In this document: positions 24,630 to 36,100 of the stretch, in pieces
Position numbering within the stretch: position 1 is the stretch's first letter
Layout: each line of letters opens with the position of its first letter
Assembly (NCBI GenBank): GCA_043228905.1
Contig: JBHGNT010000012.1
Span: 6,262,001 to 6,326,000, forward strand
DNA length: 64,000 nt
Source of the DNA: Azolla caroliniana
Lineage: Eukaryota > Plantae > Polypodiophyta
Direction of reading: 5' to 3'
Notes under the pieces: model-generated
Database searches by the model: none
Told to the model about the DNA's origin: nothing
What the model saw: only the letters and a program-made list of their open reading frames with translations
Made by a program: the position numbers and the translations under genes

Positions 24630-24928
24630 TTCTCGGCCCCTTCATTGTTCACCCAAATTGTCCAAAATACTTGGTTCGAGAATTTCCGCTTGTTCTTTCG
24701 GTTGTGGTTGTTGCGGCTGTGCTTGCTGCTGCTGCTGTGATTGCGGTTGTGACTGAGGTTGCTCCGACTGCTCTGCTTGCTGCTGCTGCTCCATTTGTCT
24801 CGCTGACTCCGGCTGCTCCGTTTGTCTCTCTGGCTCCGGCAACTCCGTTTGACTGCTTCCGGTCCGGTCTCCTTCCAGTAACGGTTCCTCATCACTGAGG
24901 TTGACCGTAACTGGTTCTCGTTCTTTCT

Positions 24929-27900
24929 TGTTGTAAAACAACGCTCCGACCCTCTTCTCCCGCTCGGCCACAACCGAGAAATCACGAATCAATGCAGCAG
25001 AAAATAGGAAACTCAGAGAAAGACACGATAACACAGGGATTAACGTGGAAAACCCTAAACGGGAAAAACCACGGGAGTACTAGACTCCAAATCAACACTA
25101 TACAGAGAAGTATACAATGGCGAGCTGCAAGGCGACGACCTTGAGCTCACTGTTCTCGCCACAGGCGGCGGTAATACACAGAGGCAACGACCTCCTCGTT
25201 TCTCTCTCTCTCTCTCTCTCTCTCTCGGCTGCTCTCACTTCGCTCCCTCTGAGTGAAAACAGAAAATGAGCAGCAACAGTAAAACTGTTTGCCCTAAGTC
25301 ATATTTATACACATATGACTTTCGGGCTATTTACAAATATAGCCTCAAAGGGCTCTTGGCAAACATATTCACAAATATGTCCCCGCATCCGGATCTCTCT
25401 CTCCGGGTACATTCGTCATCCGGCTCCGCAGCCGGGGTCTACATCATCCGGCTCCGTAACCGGGTCTTCGTCATCCGGCTCCGTAACCGGGTGCTATTCA
25501 TCATCCGGTTCCGTAACCGTAACCGGGCTTGCCGTCATTCATATCCGGACATCCCATCCGGAGGGACCGTAAATCCCAACAAACTCCCCCTTCACTTCAG
25601 CATGGGATGTATCTCCAATCCGATCCTCTTCCGGCATGCTTCTAGCTTGTCGGGTGTGAGCACTTTGGTCAGCATATCTGACCCGTTCTCGTCCGTGTGG
25701 ATCTTCGTCAACACGAACTCCTGGTCTTCTATCCTTTCCCGGATCCAGTGATATCTTCGCTGGATGTGCTTCGTCCGGGAGTGATAGGCCGCGTTCTTCG
25801 CAAGGTGGATGGCACTCTGACTGTCGCAGTAGAGTCGGTACTCCTCCTGCCGGATACCAAGCTCTCTAATGAAGTCCTTCATCCATATTATTTCCTTGCC
25901 GGCTTCAACAGCCGCCATGTACTCCGCCTCCGTGGTTGACAGCGCAACCGTCTTCTGCAGCCTCGACTGCCACGAAACGGCTCCCCCTGCATATGTCATC
26001 ACATACCCTGATGTGGACCGGCTGGTATCTGCATCAGCCGACATATCCGAATCGGTAAATCCATCGAGTTCGGGCTTACCGGAGCCGAATCGGAGGCACA
26101 CGTTTGCCGTGCCCTTCAGGTATCGGAGCATCCACTTGACCGCGTTCCAGTGCTCCTTACCGGGATTTCTCATGTACCGGCTCACCACTCCGACTGCATA
26201 TCCGATGTCCGGTCTCGTACACACCATGGCGTACATCAAGCTCCCGACAGCTGAGGCATACGGCACTTTCATCATATCCTCCTTTTCAGCCTTTGTCTTG
26301 GGGCTTTGCTTGCTGGACAGCTTGCAGTTTGCCGGGAGGGTCGATCCGACCGGTCTTGCCTCCGACATGTTGAACCGGTGAAGCACCTTCGTCACGTACT
26401 TCTCCTGTGACAGCCACAACTGCTTCTTCTTCCGGTCCCGGATGATGTGCATCCCTAGTATTTGCCTCGCCGGACCCAGGTCTTTCATTGAGAAGGTTCG
26501 GTGAAGAGCCTTCTTCAGCATCTGTATCTTGACCTGGTCCCGTCCGACGATCAACATATCGTCCACGTACAGGAGGAGTATTAGAGAGTCTCCTCCGTCG
26601 AACTTCTTCACAAACACGCAGTGGTCGGACTGCGTTTTGTGGTACCCTTCATCGGTCATGAAGGAGTCAAACTTCCGGTACCATTGCCGGGGAGCCTGCT
26701 TCAGACCGTAGAGGCTCTTCTTCAACCGGCATACCAGGTGCTCCTTTCCTTTCTTCTCGAATCCTTCCGGTTGCTGCATGTAGATCTCTTCTTCGAGGTC
26801 ACCGTGAAGGAATGCCGTCTTCACGTCCATCTGTTCTACCTCGAGGTCCATGCTTGCCGCTATGCTCAGCACCGTCCGGATGGAGGTCATCTTCACTACC
26901 GGGGCAAATATCTCGTCGAAGTCGACGCCCTTCTTCTGCTGAAACCCCTTCACCACGATCCTGGCTTTGTATCTCGGGGGGTTTCCGGCATCTCCCGGTT
27001 TCAGCTTGAACACCCACTTGTTTCGAAGTGCCCGCTTTCCTTTTGGCAACTCCACAAGTTTATATGTGTGGTTCTCATGCAGGGAATCCATCTCCTCCTG
27101 CATGGCACTTAACCACCTGCGGCTATGGGTGTCAAGCTTCGCTTCTTCAAAGCTCTCCGGCTCCCCCTCGTCGGTTAGCAGCACGTGCTCTGGTTCCGGA
27201 AATCTCCGGGGGGCCCTCCTCTCTCTTAGAGGATATCTCCGTTCCGGAGCTTCGGTAACCGGTTCTTCCGATTCTTCTTCATCCGAATCCATTTCGGGAT
27301 CGGGGCCGGTTCCGGTATCATATTTATCTTCTTCGGCCGGTTCTGTTTCTTCACCGTCTTCGGCCGGATCCTCGAGTGCTAACCGGTCTCTTGCCGGTCG
27401 GGACTGCTCCTTGTAGAGTTGATCCTCACCGGTCGACTTGGAGCTCTTCATCTTCTTCTCCGACTCCCAGTCGGCGAGTGTCTTGTCCTCCATGAAGATG
27501 ATATCTCGACTCCTGAATATCTTCTTGTCGACCGGGTCCCATACTCGGTAGCCGAACTCGTCGTTGCCGTAACCGAGGAATATGCATGGCCGGGTCTTTG
27601 GATCTAGCTTTCCTCTCCGGTCCTTTGCCACATGCACATATGCGAGACACCCGAACACCTTCAGATGCCGGTAGGACACTTCCCTACCGGTCCACACTCT
27701 CTGCGGCGTGTCTCCGTCCAAAGGTACTGAGGGTGATCTGTTAATCACGTATGTCGCTGTCGACATTGCCTCAGCCCAAAACCCCTTGGGTAATTTCGCA
27801 TGCGCCAGCATACTCCGAACCCTCTCCATTATGGTCCGGTTCATCCTCTCGGCCAGCCCGTTCAGTTCCGGCGTCTTCGGCACTGTAAACTCGAGCCGGA

Positions 27901-30349
27901 TTCCCTTCGAGCGACAGTACTCCTGGAACTGCCCCCGGTATTCCCCTCCGTTATCCGCTCGTACCGCTTTCAGCTTCTTGCCGGATTCCCTTTCCACTCT
28001 CGCGTGGAGTTCTTTGAAGACGGACAATACTTGGTCCTTTGTCTTCAGCGGTGCCGTCCACAGCTTCCGGCTGTGATCATCTATGAATGTTACGAAGTAC
28101 TGGGCTCCGCCATGTGACTTCGTTTCTACTTGACACACGTCAGTATGCACCAGCTCCAATGGTGCAATACGTCTCGTCGGTGGCCTTGAGTGGAAGGAGG
28201 CCCGGTTTTGCTTACCGGCCAGGCAATCGGTGCACTTCTCCAGGTGCACATGCTTCACTGGAATGAGGTTGTCATCTGCAAGCCTCTTCATCCCCTTCTC
28301 GCTCATGTGGCACAGTCTCTTGTGCCATAGCTCACCGGCAGTGTCAGCTGCCACGTTCAGCTCCTCCGGACATAGCCGGGAATTCATCAGGTACAGTGTG
28401 TTGACTTTCCGGGCCCGAGCCACTATCAGACTCCCCTTGCTGAACTTCATGACACCGTTCCGGATGCTACCCGTGTAGCCTTCATCGTCTAGCCTCCCAG
28501 CCGAAATCAGGTTCAATCGAACCTCCGGAACGTGTCGAACATCCTTCAGCAGCATTTTGCATCCGGTTGATGTCATCAGCCACACGTCTCCTATGCCGGC
28601 AATCCGGCACGTACCTTCATTTCCCATCCGGACACAGCCATGCTCACCGGCTGTGTAGGATGAGAAGTATTTCTTCTCCGGGGTCAGGTGGAACGACGCT
28701 CCGGAATCGACCACCCAGGTCATCTCTTCTCCGGCAAGGTTCAGCTCCCTCTCTTCGGTAATGAGCATTATCTCTTCTTCACTTGCCGCGAGTGCTGTCG
28801 TTCCTTTCCGGTCCTGCCCTCGCCGATCCGGACCTCTCCGGTCCGTGGCTCCCCGGTATGCTCCGTTTCGCTCCGGTGACTTCTTCGAATCGGTGTCGTC
28901 GGCTCCGTTGTCCTTTCGGTAATGCCGACAATTCTTCCGGAAGTGCCCCGGCTTCCCACAGTGGAAGCATGTAGGCCTTCCTCTTGATTGCGACCGGGTC
29001 CCCGACTTCTCCCGTCTTTGCGGACTCCGGTTCCATTGTCTTCCCCGATCCGATTCGGTAAGCAGCGCCTTCGTGTCGGAGGCCGGTTCTTTATCTCTCC
29101 GACGCGCTTCTTCGTTCAAAATACTTGTCTTCACCGTTTGTAAGGACAAGTTATCTTCGGTGCAGGAGGTGCTGAGAGTCACCACCAAGTTCTCCCAGCT
29201 GTCCGGCAATGTGCACATCAGGATGATGGCTTGCATTGCATCCTCCAACGGGAACTTGATCGCCGCAAGCTGGTTCACGAATCCCATGAACGTGCTTACG
29301 TGTTCCACCATACTCTCGCCGTCTCGGTACTTGAGATTCACTATCTTTCTCATCAGGGAGGTCCGGTTCAACGCATTCTTCCTCTCGTAGAGGCCCGACA
29401 GCTTCTTCCACATCTCGTATGCGTTGGTGTCGTTCGCCACATGTTGTAAGACGCTTACATCGACATATTGCCGGATCGTCGCTACGGCTTTCCGGTTCAG
29501 AAGCCTCCATTCCGTCTCAAGTACCCCCTTCGGTATTTCCGACCTGTCAATCGGTTCGTACAGGTCCCGAACAATCAGAAGATCCTCCATCTTGATCTTC
29601 CAGTCGGCGTAATTTTGTGCATTCAGCACCATCATCCCCGGCTGCCCGCTGCCGCCGCCTTCCATTTTCTGCGTTACCGTCGCTCTGATACCACTTTGTT
29701 GTAAAACAAAGCTCCGACCCTCTTCTCCCGCTCGGCCACAACCGAGAAATCACGAATCAATGCAGCAGAAAATAGGAAACTCAGAGAAAGACACGATAAC
29801 ACAGGGATTAACGTGGAAAACCCTAAACGGGAAAAACCACGGGAGTACTAGACTCCAAATCAACACTATACAGAGAAGTATACAATGGCGAGCTGCAAGG
29901 CGACGACCTTGAGCTCACTGTTCTCGCCACAGGCGGCGGTAATACACAGAGGCAACGACCTCCTCGTTTCTCTCTCTCTCTCTCTCTCTCTCTCGGCTGC
30001 TCTCACTTCGCTCCCTCTGAGTGAAAACAGAAAATGAGCAGCAACAGTAAAACTGTTTGCCCTAAGTCATATTTATACACATATGACTTTCGGGCTATTT
30101 ACAAATATAGCCTCAAAGGGCTCTTGGCAAACATATTCACAAATATGTCCCCGCATCCGGATCTCTCTCTCCGGGTACATTCGTCATCCGGCTCCGCAGC
30201 CGGGGTCTACATCATCCGGCTCCGTAACCGGGTCTTCGTCATCCGGCTCCGTAACCGGGTGCTATTCATCATCCGGTTCCGTAACCGTAACCGGGCTTGC
30301 CGTCATTCATATCCGGACATCCCATCCGGAGGGACCGTAAATCCCAACA
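24929..30349 (-). mobile_element. Intact, very young Ty1/Copia (Tnt1/Tork-like)
   Basis: 653-bp LTRs 24929-25581 and 29697-30349 (one difference seen), TSD TTTCT, tRNA-iMet PBS TGGTATCAGAGC 29682-29693, PPT GAAGGGGGAG at about 25584-25593. Confidence 0.97.
25592..29665 (-). CDS. gag-pol: Copia gag-pol polyprotein, 1357 aa (gag, CCHC, PR, IN, RT, RNase H)
   Basis: CFHCGKPGHFRKNC, WVVDSGAS, LWHKRLCH..CTDC, ADNGGEY, NGLAERMNRT, MDVKTAFLHG, LYVDD, FTDSD, RTKHI. Confidence 0.97.
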   Translation of the reverse strand: MEGGGSGQPGMMVLNAQNYADWKIKMEDLLIVRDLYEPIDRSEIPKGVLETEWRLLNRKAVATIRQYVDVSVLQHVANDTNAYEMWKKLSGLYERKNALNRTSLMRKIVNLKYRDGESMVEHVSTFMGFVNQLAAIKFPLEDAMQAIILMCTLPDSWENLVVTLSTSCTEDNLSLQTVKTSILNEEARRRDKEPASDTKALLTESDRGRQWNRSPQRREKSGTRSQSRGRPTCFHCGKPGHFRKNCRHYRKDNGADDTDSKKSPERNGAYRGATDRRGPDRRGQDRKGTTALAASEEEIMLITEERELNLAGEEMTWVVDSGASFHLTPEKKYFSSYTAGEHGCVRMGNEGTCRIAGIGDVWLMTSTGCKMLLKDVRHVPEVRLNLISAGRLDDEGYTGSIRNGVMKFSKGSLIVARARKVNTLYLMNSRLCPEELNVAADTAGELWHKRLCHMSEKGMKRLADDNLIPVKHVHLEKCTDCLAGKQNRASFHSRPPTRRIAPLELVHTDVCQVETKSHGGAQYFVTFIDDHSRKLWTAPLKTKDQVLSVFKELHARVERESGKKLKAVRADNGGEYRGQFQEYCRSKGIRLEFTVPKTPELNGLAERMNRTIMERVRSMLAHAKLPKGFWAEAMSTATYVINRSPSVPLDGDTPQRVWTGREVSYRHLKVFGCLAYVHVAKDRRGKLDPKTRPCIFLGYGNDEFGYRVWDPVDKKIFRSRDIIFMEDKTLADWESEKKMKSSKSTGEDQLYKEQSRPARDRLALEDPAEDGEETEPAEEDKYDTGTGPDPEMDSDEEESEEPVTEAPERRYPLRERRAPRRFPEPEHVLLTDEGEPESFEEAKLDTHSRRWLSAMQEEMDSLHENHTYKLVELPKGKRALRNKWVFKLKPGDAGNPPRYKARIVVKGFQQKKGVDFDEIFAPVVKMTSIRTVLSIAASMDLEVEQMDVKTAFLHGDLEEEIYMQQPEGFEKKGKEHLVCRLKKSLYGLKQAPRQWYRKFDSFMTDEGYHKTQSDHCVFVKKFDGGDSLILLLYVDDMLIVGRDQVKIQMLKKALHRTFSMKDLGPARQILGMHIIRDRKKKQLWLSQEKYVTKVLHRFNMSEARPVGSTLPANCKLSSKQSPKTKAEKEDMMKVPYASAVGSLMYAMVCTRPDIGYAVGVVSRYMRNPGKEHWNAVKWMLRYLKGTANVCLRFGSGKPELDGFTDSDMSADADTSRSTSGYVMTYAGGAVSWQSRLQKTVALSTTEAEYMAAVEAGKEIIWMKDFIRELGIRQEEYRLYCDSQSAIHLAKNAAYHSRTKHIQRRYHWIRERIEDQEFVLTKIHTDENGSDMLTKVLTPDKLEACRKRIGLEIHPMLK

Positions 30350-33139
30350 TTTCTCTCCCCGGATCCGGGACCTCTCGTAGCTTTCAAACTGAATCTGCGC
30401 CTCCAGCCTGTCGTCGTCCAGCTGAGCTACAAGTTGCCGGACTTGCTCTAGTTGGTCCTCTGCCAAGGCTTGAAAGTCTTCGGCAAGCTCATCCCTTATG
30501 CCGGTGAAGTCTTCGGAAGTCAGCATATAGCAATCATCTCCCTCCTTCCGCCGGTTCTCTACGTCAGCCCGGAGCAATTGGAGTTCCGCCGCGTTTGTGG
30601 CCCACTTGGTCCACCATTTGACGGAGCCGTTGTCAATCAAGCTCTTGGTCTGGTTCAACCAGGCCCGCATTATATCCTGGATGCGACTTGCTCCCATCTG
30701 TGCTCTGCTTTCCACCACTTGTCGCTCCTCCTTCAACTGCTTGATGAGGTTTGCCGTATCCTCCGCCTGCTCTCGGTAGCGCGTCAGCTGCCCTTGATAT
30801 GTCGTTTGCAGCCTCTGCAGTACCTCCGCCGCTCTTTCTTTTTCCGCCTGCTGTTGCCTGAGGAGCTCTGTCCGAACCTTCTCCGCCTCTTCCAACCGTC
30901 TTCTGTTTTCCGCTTGTTCCTTGGCGAATGCGGTTGCGGTCCGATCAACTGCTTGCCGGAGCTCATCCATCCGTTCCTTGTGCTCCGTTTGCAACCGTTT
31001 ATACTCCCGGTGCAAGTTCTCAAATTCCTCTGTTTTTAGTTTGAGCTTGCCGTTGATCTGGCGATGGTTCCGGTCCTCCCGGTCCTTTACCTGCCGGAGT
31101 TCCTCTTTCAGGCGCTCTACTTCTGTTTCGGCGTTCCTCCGGAGTTTCTCCTTCTCTTGCAGCATTTTCTCTTTCTCCTCCTTGAGCCGGTCGTACGCTT
31201 GGTGGCCTTTCCGTAAGCTCTCCTCGGCCCGGCGTAGATTCTCAGCAGTCTTTTTGAGTTCTGCCTCCGCTGCCGTTTTCAGTTCTCTTTCGCGGCTCCT
31301 CAGCGCTTCTTGGGCAGCAAGCTCATCCTTTAAATCCGCAAGCTCTTGGGCTTGTGCCGCATTTTTCTCCGGAACGGTTTCCGTTGCCGGGGTCTGATTG
31401 CTATGTACAGGTTGATCCTCTTTATTCTGTACATTGCCCGGAGTCACCGGTGCTTGGACTTGTGTTTCCCTTGTGACCCTGTCCAAGTCTTGTTCAAGGC
31501 TCCGGATTCTGGACCGGGCCGTCTCTAGATCTACGGTTGTGACGAGCAACCGTTCCTGGTGCGCTCTCTCTTCCGCCTCTATATACTCGACCACTCCGGC
31601 GATTTGCTCGCCTACCCATCGTAGCCACATGCTACTGGTGCCTTGTTGCTGTCCTGGTCGGGTCGGCTCATTCACCGTGGAATTGTCTGGCCTGATTGCC
31701 TGCATGTGCCGTTCTGGTTCTACTCCTTGGCCGCCGTGTGCTCTGGCTGGGCTCGCCGGCTGTTGAGGTCCGGTTCTCGCCGTCTCCGGAGCCGTTGGAC
31801 TGACTTCTTCTATAGAAGTCGACAAGACCGGTTCCCTACGCACCGGTTCCGGTTCTTCCCTTGTGGTTTGCTCAGGTTGAGTTGGGGGCGTCTCTGCCTC
31901 TCGCGGGTACGACCGCTCCCCTCCTGTCTCGGCGGTCCTACTTCTTGGCCGTCGTTGGAGGTGCTCTTCCGGCTCCTCCGTTTCCTCGTCCTGTGCCACG
32001 GCATGTTTCTGTGCCGTCAAGGGTTCCGGTTCCTTCTGTCCTGGTCTCCGTAAGGTTATCTTGACGGGTCGGACCGGTGACACCTCCTCCGGTTCTGGGA
32101 CCCGTTTCTTCCCTTTCGCCGCCTTCGACGCCAGCAGCTGCTGTCGTTTGGACGCCGGCTTCGAGGTGCTTCCTTCCGATACTCTTGGCCGCTTCTTTGG
32201 CTGGGCGGTCTCGACCGGCGGCACGAGCAATGTGATCCATTGAGCTACGGCGTGCCACAGCTTCCGGCCCTCCTTGCCGTCCTTCCCTCGTACCATGTCG
32301 ATTGCCATGCACAATCCGTCTGCAATCAGCACCGGCCAGTCCACCTTGACCCCTTCATAGGTGGCTATGATCATCCCTGCCCGATTTTTTGGCATGACAG
32401 GGGGTCGGGGGTACACGTGACCATACTCGTGGAGCACTCGAGCTATCTCCCTGAATAGCGGATCTTCGCCGCCCTGCGTCCGATAGCCTTTGCCAGCAAC
32501 AGAGTACTCACCGAAATATCGGGTGAGTTGCTCCGAGGTTGGGTTATCGATCTGAAAGATTCCTCCCTCCGGAAGGCCTGTTAGCGCGCGGATCGCTTCC
32601 TCGGTGATGACCTCTGTGGCGAGCTCCTTGATGACCCGGTCTGCTTCTCTGTGCGGCGGTGCCTCCATGATGGCCAAGAACCCTTCCAGTCCGTTTTGCC
32701 TGAACCATTTCCTGGCCGCTTCCGACAGCGTTTGTGGTTCCATGTCTGCTTCAAGGTCGAGGGACGATGGCGAGGTAGAGTGGTGATGAGGGTGAGAGCG
32801 AGAGAGAGAGCGTTCTGAGCGCGGGGGTTCTCTGCGTGCAGGTTCGCGTTTGCTCAGCTTCCACTGCCTTGGTGCTTCTGTGCTTCTTGGCTCGCGAAAA
32901 TAGAGGGTCTCCATGCGCTCTGTTTCTTCTTTGTGCGTTTTGGCGCCTTTTTCGAGCATGCACACGTCGTGTACTAATTTAGTATTAAGTGGCGTGGCGT
33001 CTCTTAAATGCCCACTACGTACCTTTTCGCGCCTCGCTTTCACACCCGTTCATACCTCGATTTTTAATGATTTGATTTTTTTTTTTATTTTTTTATTTTT
33101 TTTTTTTTTTTTTTTAATTTTTAATGACGGTGTGTGACC

Positions 33140-36100
33140 TTACACATCCGTAGGTCCCTCCGGACCCTGACCGTTTTCCTTACGGGTTGCCGTGTCTTCC
33201 TTCGTGTTTACTACGGGTTCCCCGTTGTCTTTTTCTTCCGGATCGATCCGTACCGATCCCGGACAGGTTCCTGGTGTAGTGCCGGTGAGCTGCATAAACG
33301 GGTTCTTTGGCATCGGTCCTTTATAGGGCTTTAGTCGAAATCCATTCACCCACTTGCCTAGTACTTCCCCGGCAAGTGTCCCTATCTGATAGGACCCGTT
33401 GTATTCCCGTGTCAGCCAATACGGGCCTGTCCATCTGAACCGGAGTTTACCCGGCATCTTGCCCATCCTCGTTTGGAATACTAGCACCGGCTTTCCGATT
33501 TCGAACATCTTTTCGTTACCTTTCCGGTGACGGTCAACGAACGCTTTCTGTCGTCGTTGCTCCAGTTCCATGTGGAGGATGCTGGCCAGCCGTTGCTCCT
33601 CCAGTTCGCATAGTGCTGCTAGCCGTATTTCCTCCGACTTCTTTTCATTCAGCCGTTCCCGTAGTTGGATCCGTAAGCTTGGTACCTGAAACTCGACCGG
33701 CATGACCGCTTCTAAGCCGAATGCTAACCGGAACGGCGTTGTCCGGATGCTCGTTTTGTATGCCGTTCTGTACGCCCATAGCGCACTATGGAGCTTTGTG
33801 TCCCAGTCCGTCCGGTTTTCATTGACAATTTTGCGGAGAATGTTCTGCAGCGTTTTGTTGGTGGACTCTGCTAACCCGTTCGCCTGTGGGTAATACGGTG
33901 TGCTTCTTTTATGGACCACGGCATAGAACGTTGTTAAACTTTCCACTACCTGGCCGAGGAAATGCCCTCCTTGGTCGCTGATCAGTTCAATCGGACATCC
34001 ATATCGGCACCAAATGTTCTCGTACAGGAATTTTGCTGTAGATGACGCGGTGTTGTCTCTCAGGGCCTTAGCTTCCACCCATTTCGTGCAATAATCCGTT
34101 GCCACGATGACATAACGATTACCCGTTCTCATTGCCGGTGGCTTGAACGGTCCGACAAAATCCAATCCCCACTTCTGGAATGGCTCTAGTGGAAGTACCG
34201 GTTGGTGTGGCATCCGTGCTTGCTCCGTTGGCTGGCCCATTCGTTGGCATAGGTCACATTCCTTAGCATACCTGACGGCATCTTTTAGCGTCGTGGGCCA
34301 CCATAAGCCGCTCTGCCATACCTTTCTTGCCGTCGCTTCCCCGGCATAGTGTCCTCCGGCAACCCCACAGTGTGCTTCCCGTAAGATTACTTCTTTCTCG
34401 TCACTACGGACTGCCCGTCTCCATATTCCATCTGCTCCTTTGTGGTAGAGAGTGTCCCGTAACAGACAGAAATTGCGGCTCTGCACCGCCAGTCGTTTCC
34501 TCTCGTCCCGGTTCATTTCCTCCGGTGGCAGGCCCGTGCTTAGGAACTGGTGCATGTTTGTCAGCCATTTATCTTCTGATGCCACCGTGTCGTCCGCTGC
34601 CGTTTCCGGGGTGATACGGAATAACTCCGCGTCCGGGAATTCATCCGCTACTCCGTCGCCTGGTTCTCCGGACTCTAACCGGCTCAGGTAGTCTGCTACG
34701 GCATGCTGGATACCGGGACGGTGGAAAATCTCGAATTCGAACTCCTGCAACAGCAAGGTCCAACGAGCCAACTTACCGGTTAGCGACGCCTTGGACACTA
34801 AGTACAGCAGCGCCGAGTGATCCACATGAAAGGAGAACTTCCTTCCCAATAGGTAGTGCCGAAACTTTGTGACACTGTAGATCATGCCGAGAGCCTCCCG
34901 TTCTGTCGTTGAATAGTTCTTTTCCGCTTGGGACAGCTTCCGGCTGGCGTAATATACCGGCCGGTACCATTTGGGCTCCGTAAGCTGCATTAAGGCGCTG
35001 CCAATAGCGATGTCGGACGCGTCCACGAACACATGAAATTCCTTGCTCCAATCCGGAGGCTGCACGACGGGTGCTTGCGATAAAAGTACCTTCAGGGCAT
35101 TGTATGCCTTATCCTCCGTATCCGTCCATTGGAACGGTGTCCGATGTACCGCGGTGTGTAATGGTGTAGCCAAATCAGCCAAGTGACGGAGCATCCGGCT
35201 GTGCCACCGGATCTGTCCTAAGAATCGGCTTAGTGCTTTGGCTGTTTTCGGTGCCGGTGCCCCTAGTATGGCGTTTACTTTGTCCGGGTCGACCGCAATG
35301 CCCTCCTTACTTACAATGTGTCCCAGCAATATTCCACTTGAAACCCCGAAGATGCATTTTGCTGGATTTAAGCTTAGCCGGTATAACCTACACTTTTCAA
35401 GGCATAACCGGAGGTGCTGCAAATGGTCTTTTCCCCGGCTATAGACTGCAAAATCATCCAGGAAAACTTGCATGAAGGCAGGAATGTAATCGCCGAAGAT
35501 CTCCATGATGATTCGCTGGAAAGTTGCTGGTGCCGTTTTTAGGCCGAACATCATCACTTCAGCCACAAACACCCCCCATTCGGTGACGAACGCTGTCTTC
35601 TCCTGGTCTTCCGGGTGCATCCGGATTTGATTGTACCCGCTGAACCCGTCTAGAAAGCTATAAACTTCATGACCGGCGACGGCATCCAGTACTCCATCCG
35701 TGAACGGAAGAGGGAATGCATCCGTAATTGTGGCGGCATTTAGTTTCCTGTAATCTACACACACACGGATTTTACCGTTCTTCTTGGGGACGACGACGAT
35801 GGGGCTCAGCCACGTCGCTTTCTTTACCGGCCGGATGAAGCCCACTCTTAGGAGTTTGTCGATTTCCTCTTTTACCTTGGCGGCGTAGTTGGGGTTCATT
35901 CGGTATCGTCTTTGCGCCACTGGTTTCGCGTCCTTGCCTAAGTGGATCTGATGCTGATATAATTGAGGGTCCAGCCCTCGCATGTCCTCGTATGACCAGG
36001 CGAATACGTCGCGAAACTCCGTGAGAAGTTTGATCATTGCCGCTTTATCTTCCGGCTTCATTTCTTTGGCGATGTGAACCGGCTTTGATTCGTCCTTGCT

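Larger units (their letters stand above)
24642..33043 (-). pseudogene. Element A ORF2 (about 960-990 aa reconstituted): Athila-ORF2/Transposase_32-like domain, coiled coil and Q-rich tail, split by the Copia insertion
   Basis: 33043-30350 joins in frame to 24923-24642 after removing the Copia and one TSD copy (SRIRGEK|EREPVTV). A homologue is present in C (about 20321-22280 and 13135-13314). The domain name is inferred from ITEEAI..L.GLP..G and G.KVDW..LI motifs. Confidence 0.75.

Noticed and set aside
24592-24680. A complete element-encoded tRNA gene upstream of A's 3' LTR
   Set aside because: Only the T-loop and 3' acceptor strand are present. No matching 5' acceptor strand, D-arm or anticodon arm is visible, and its 3' end does not match A's own PBS.
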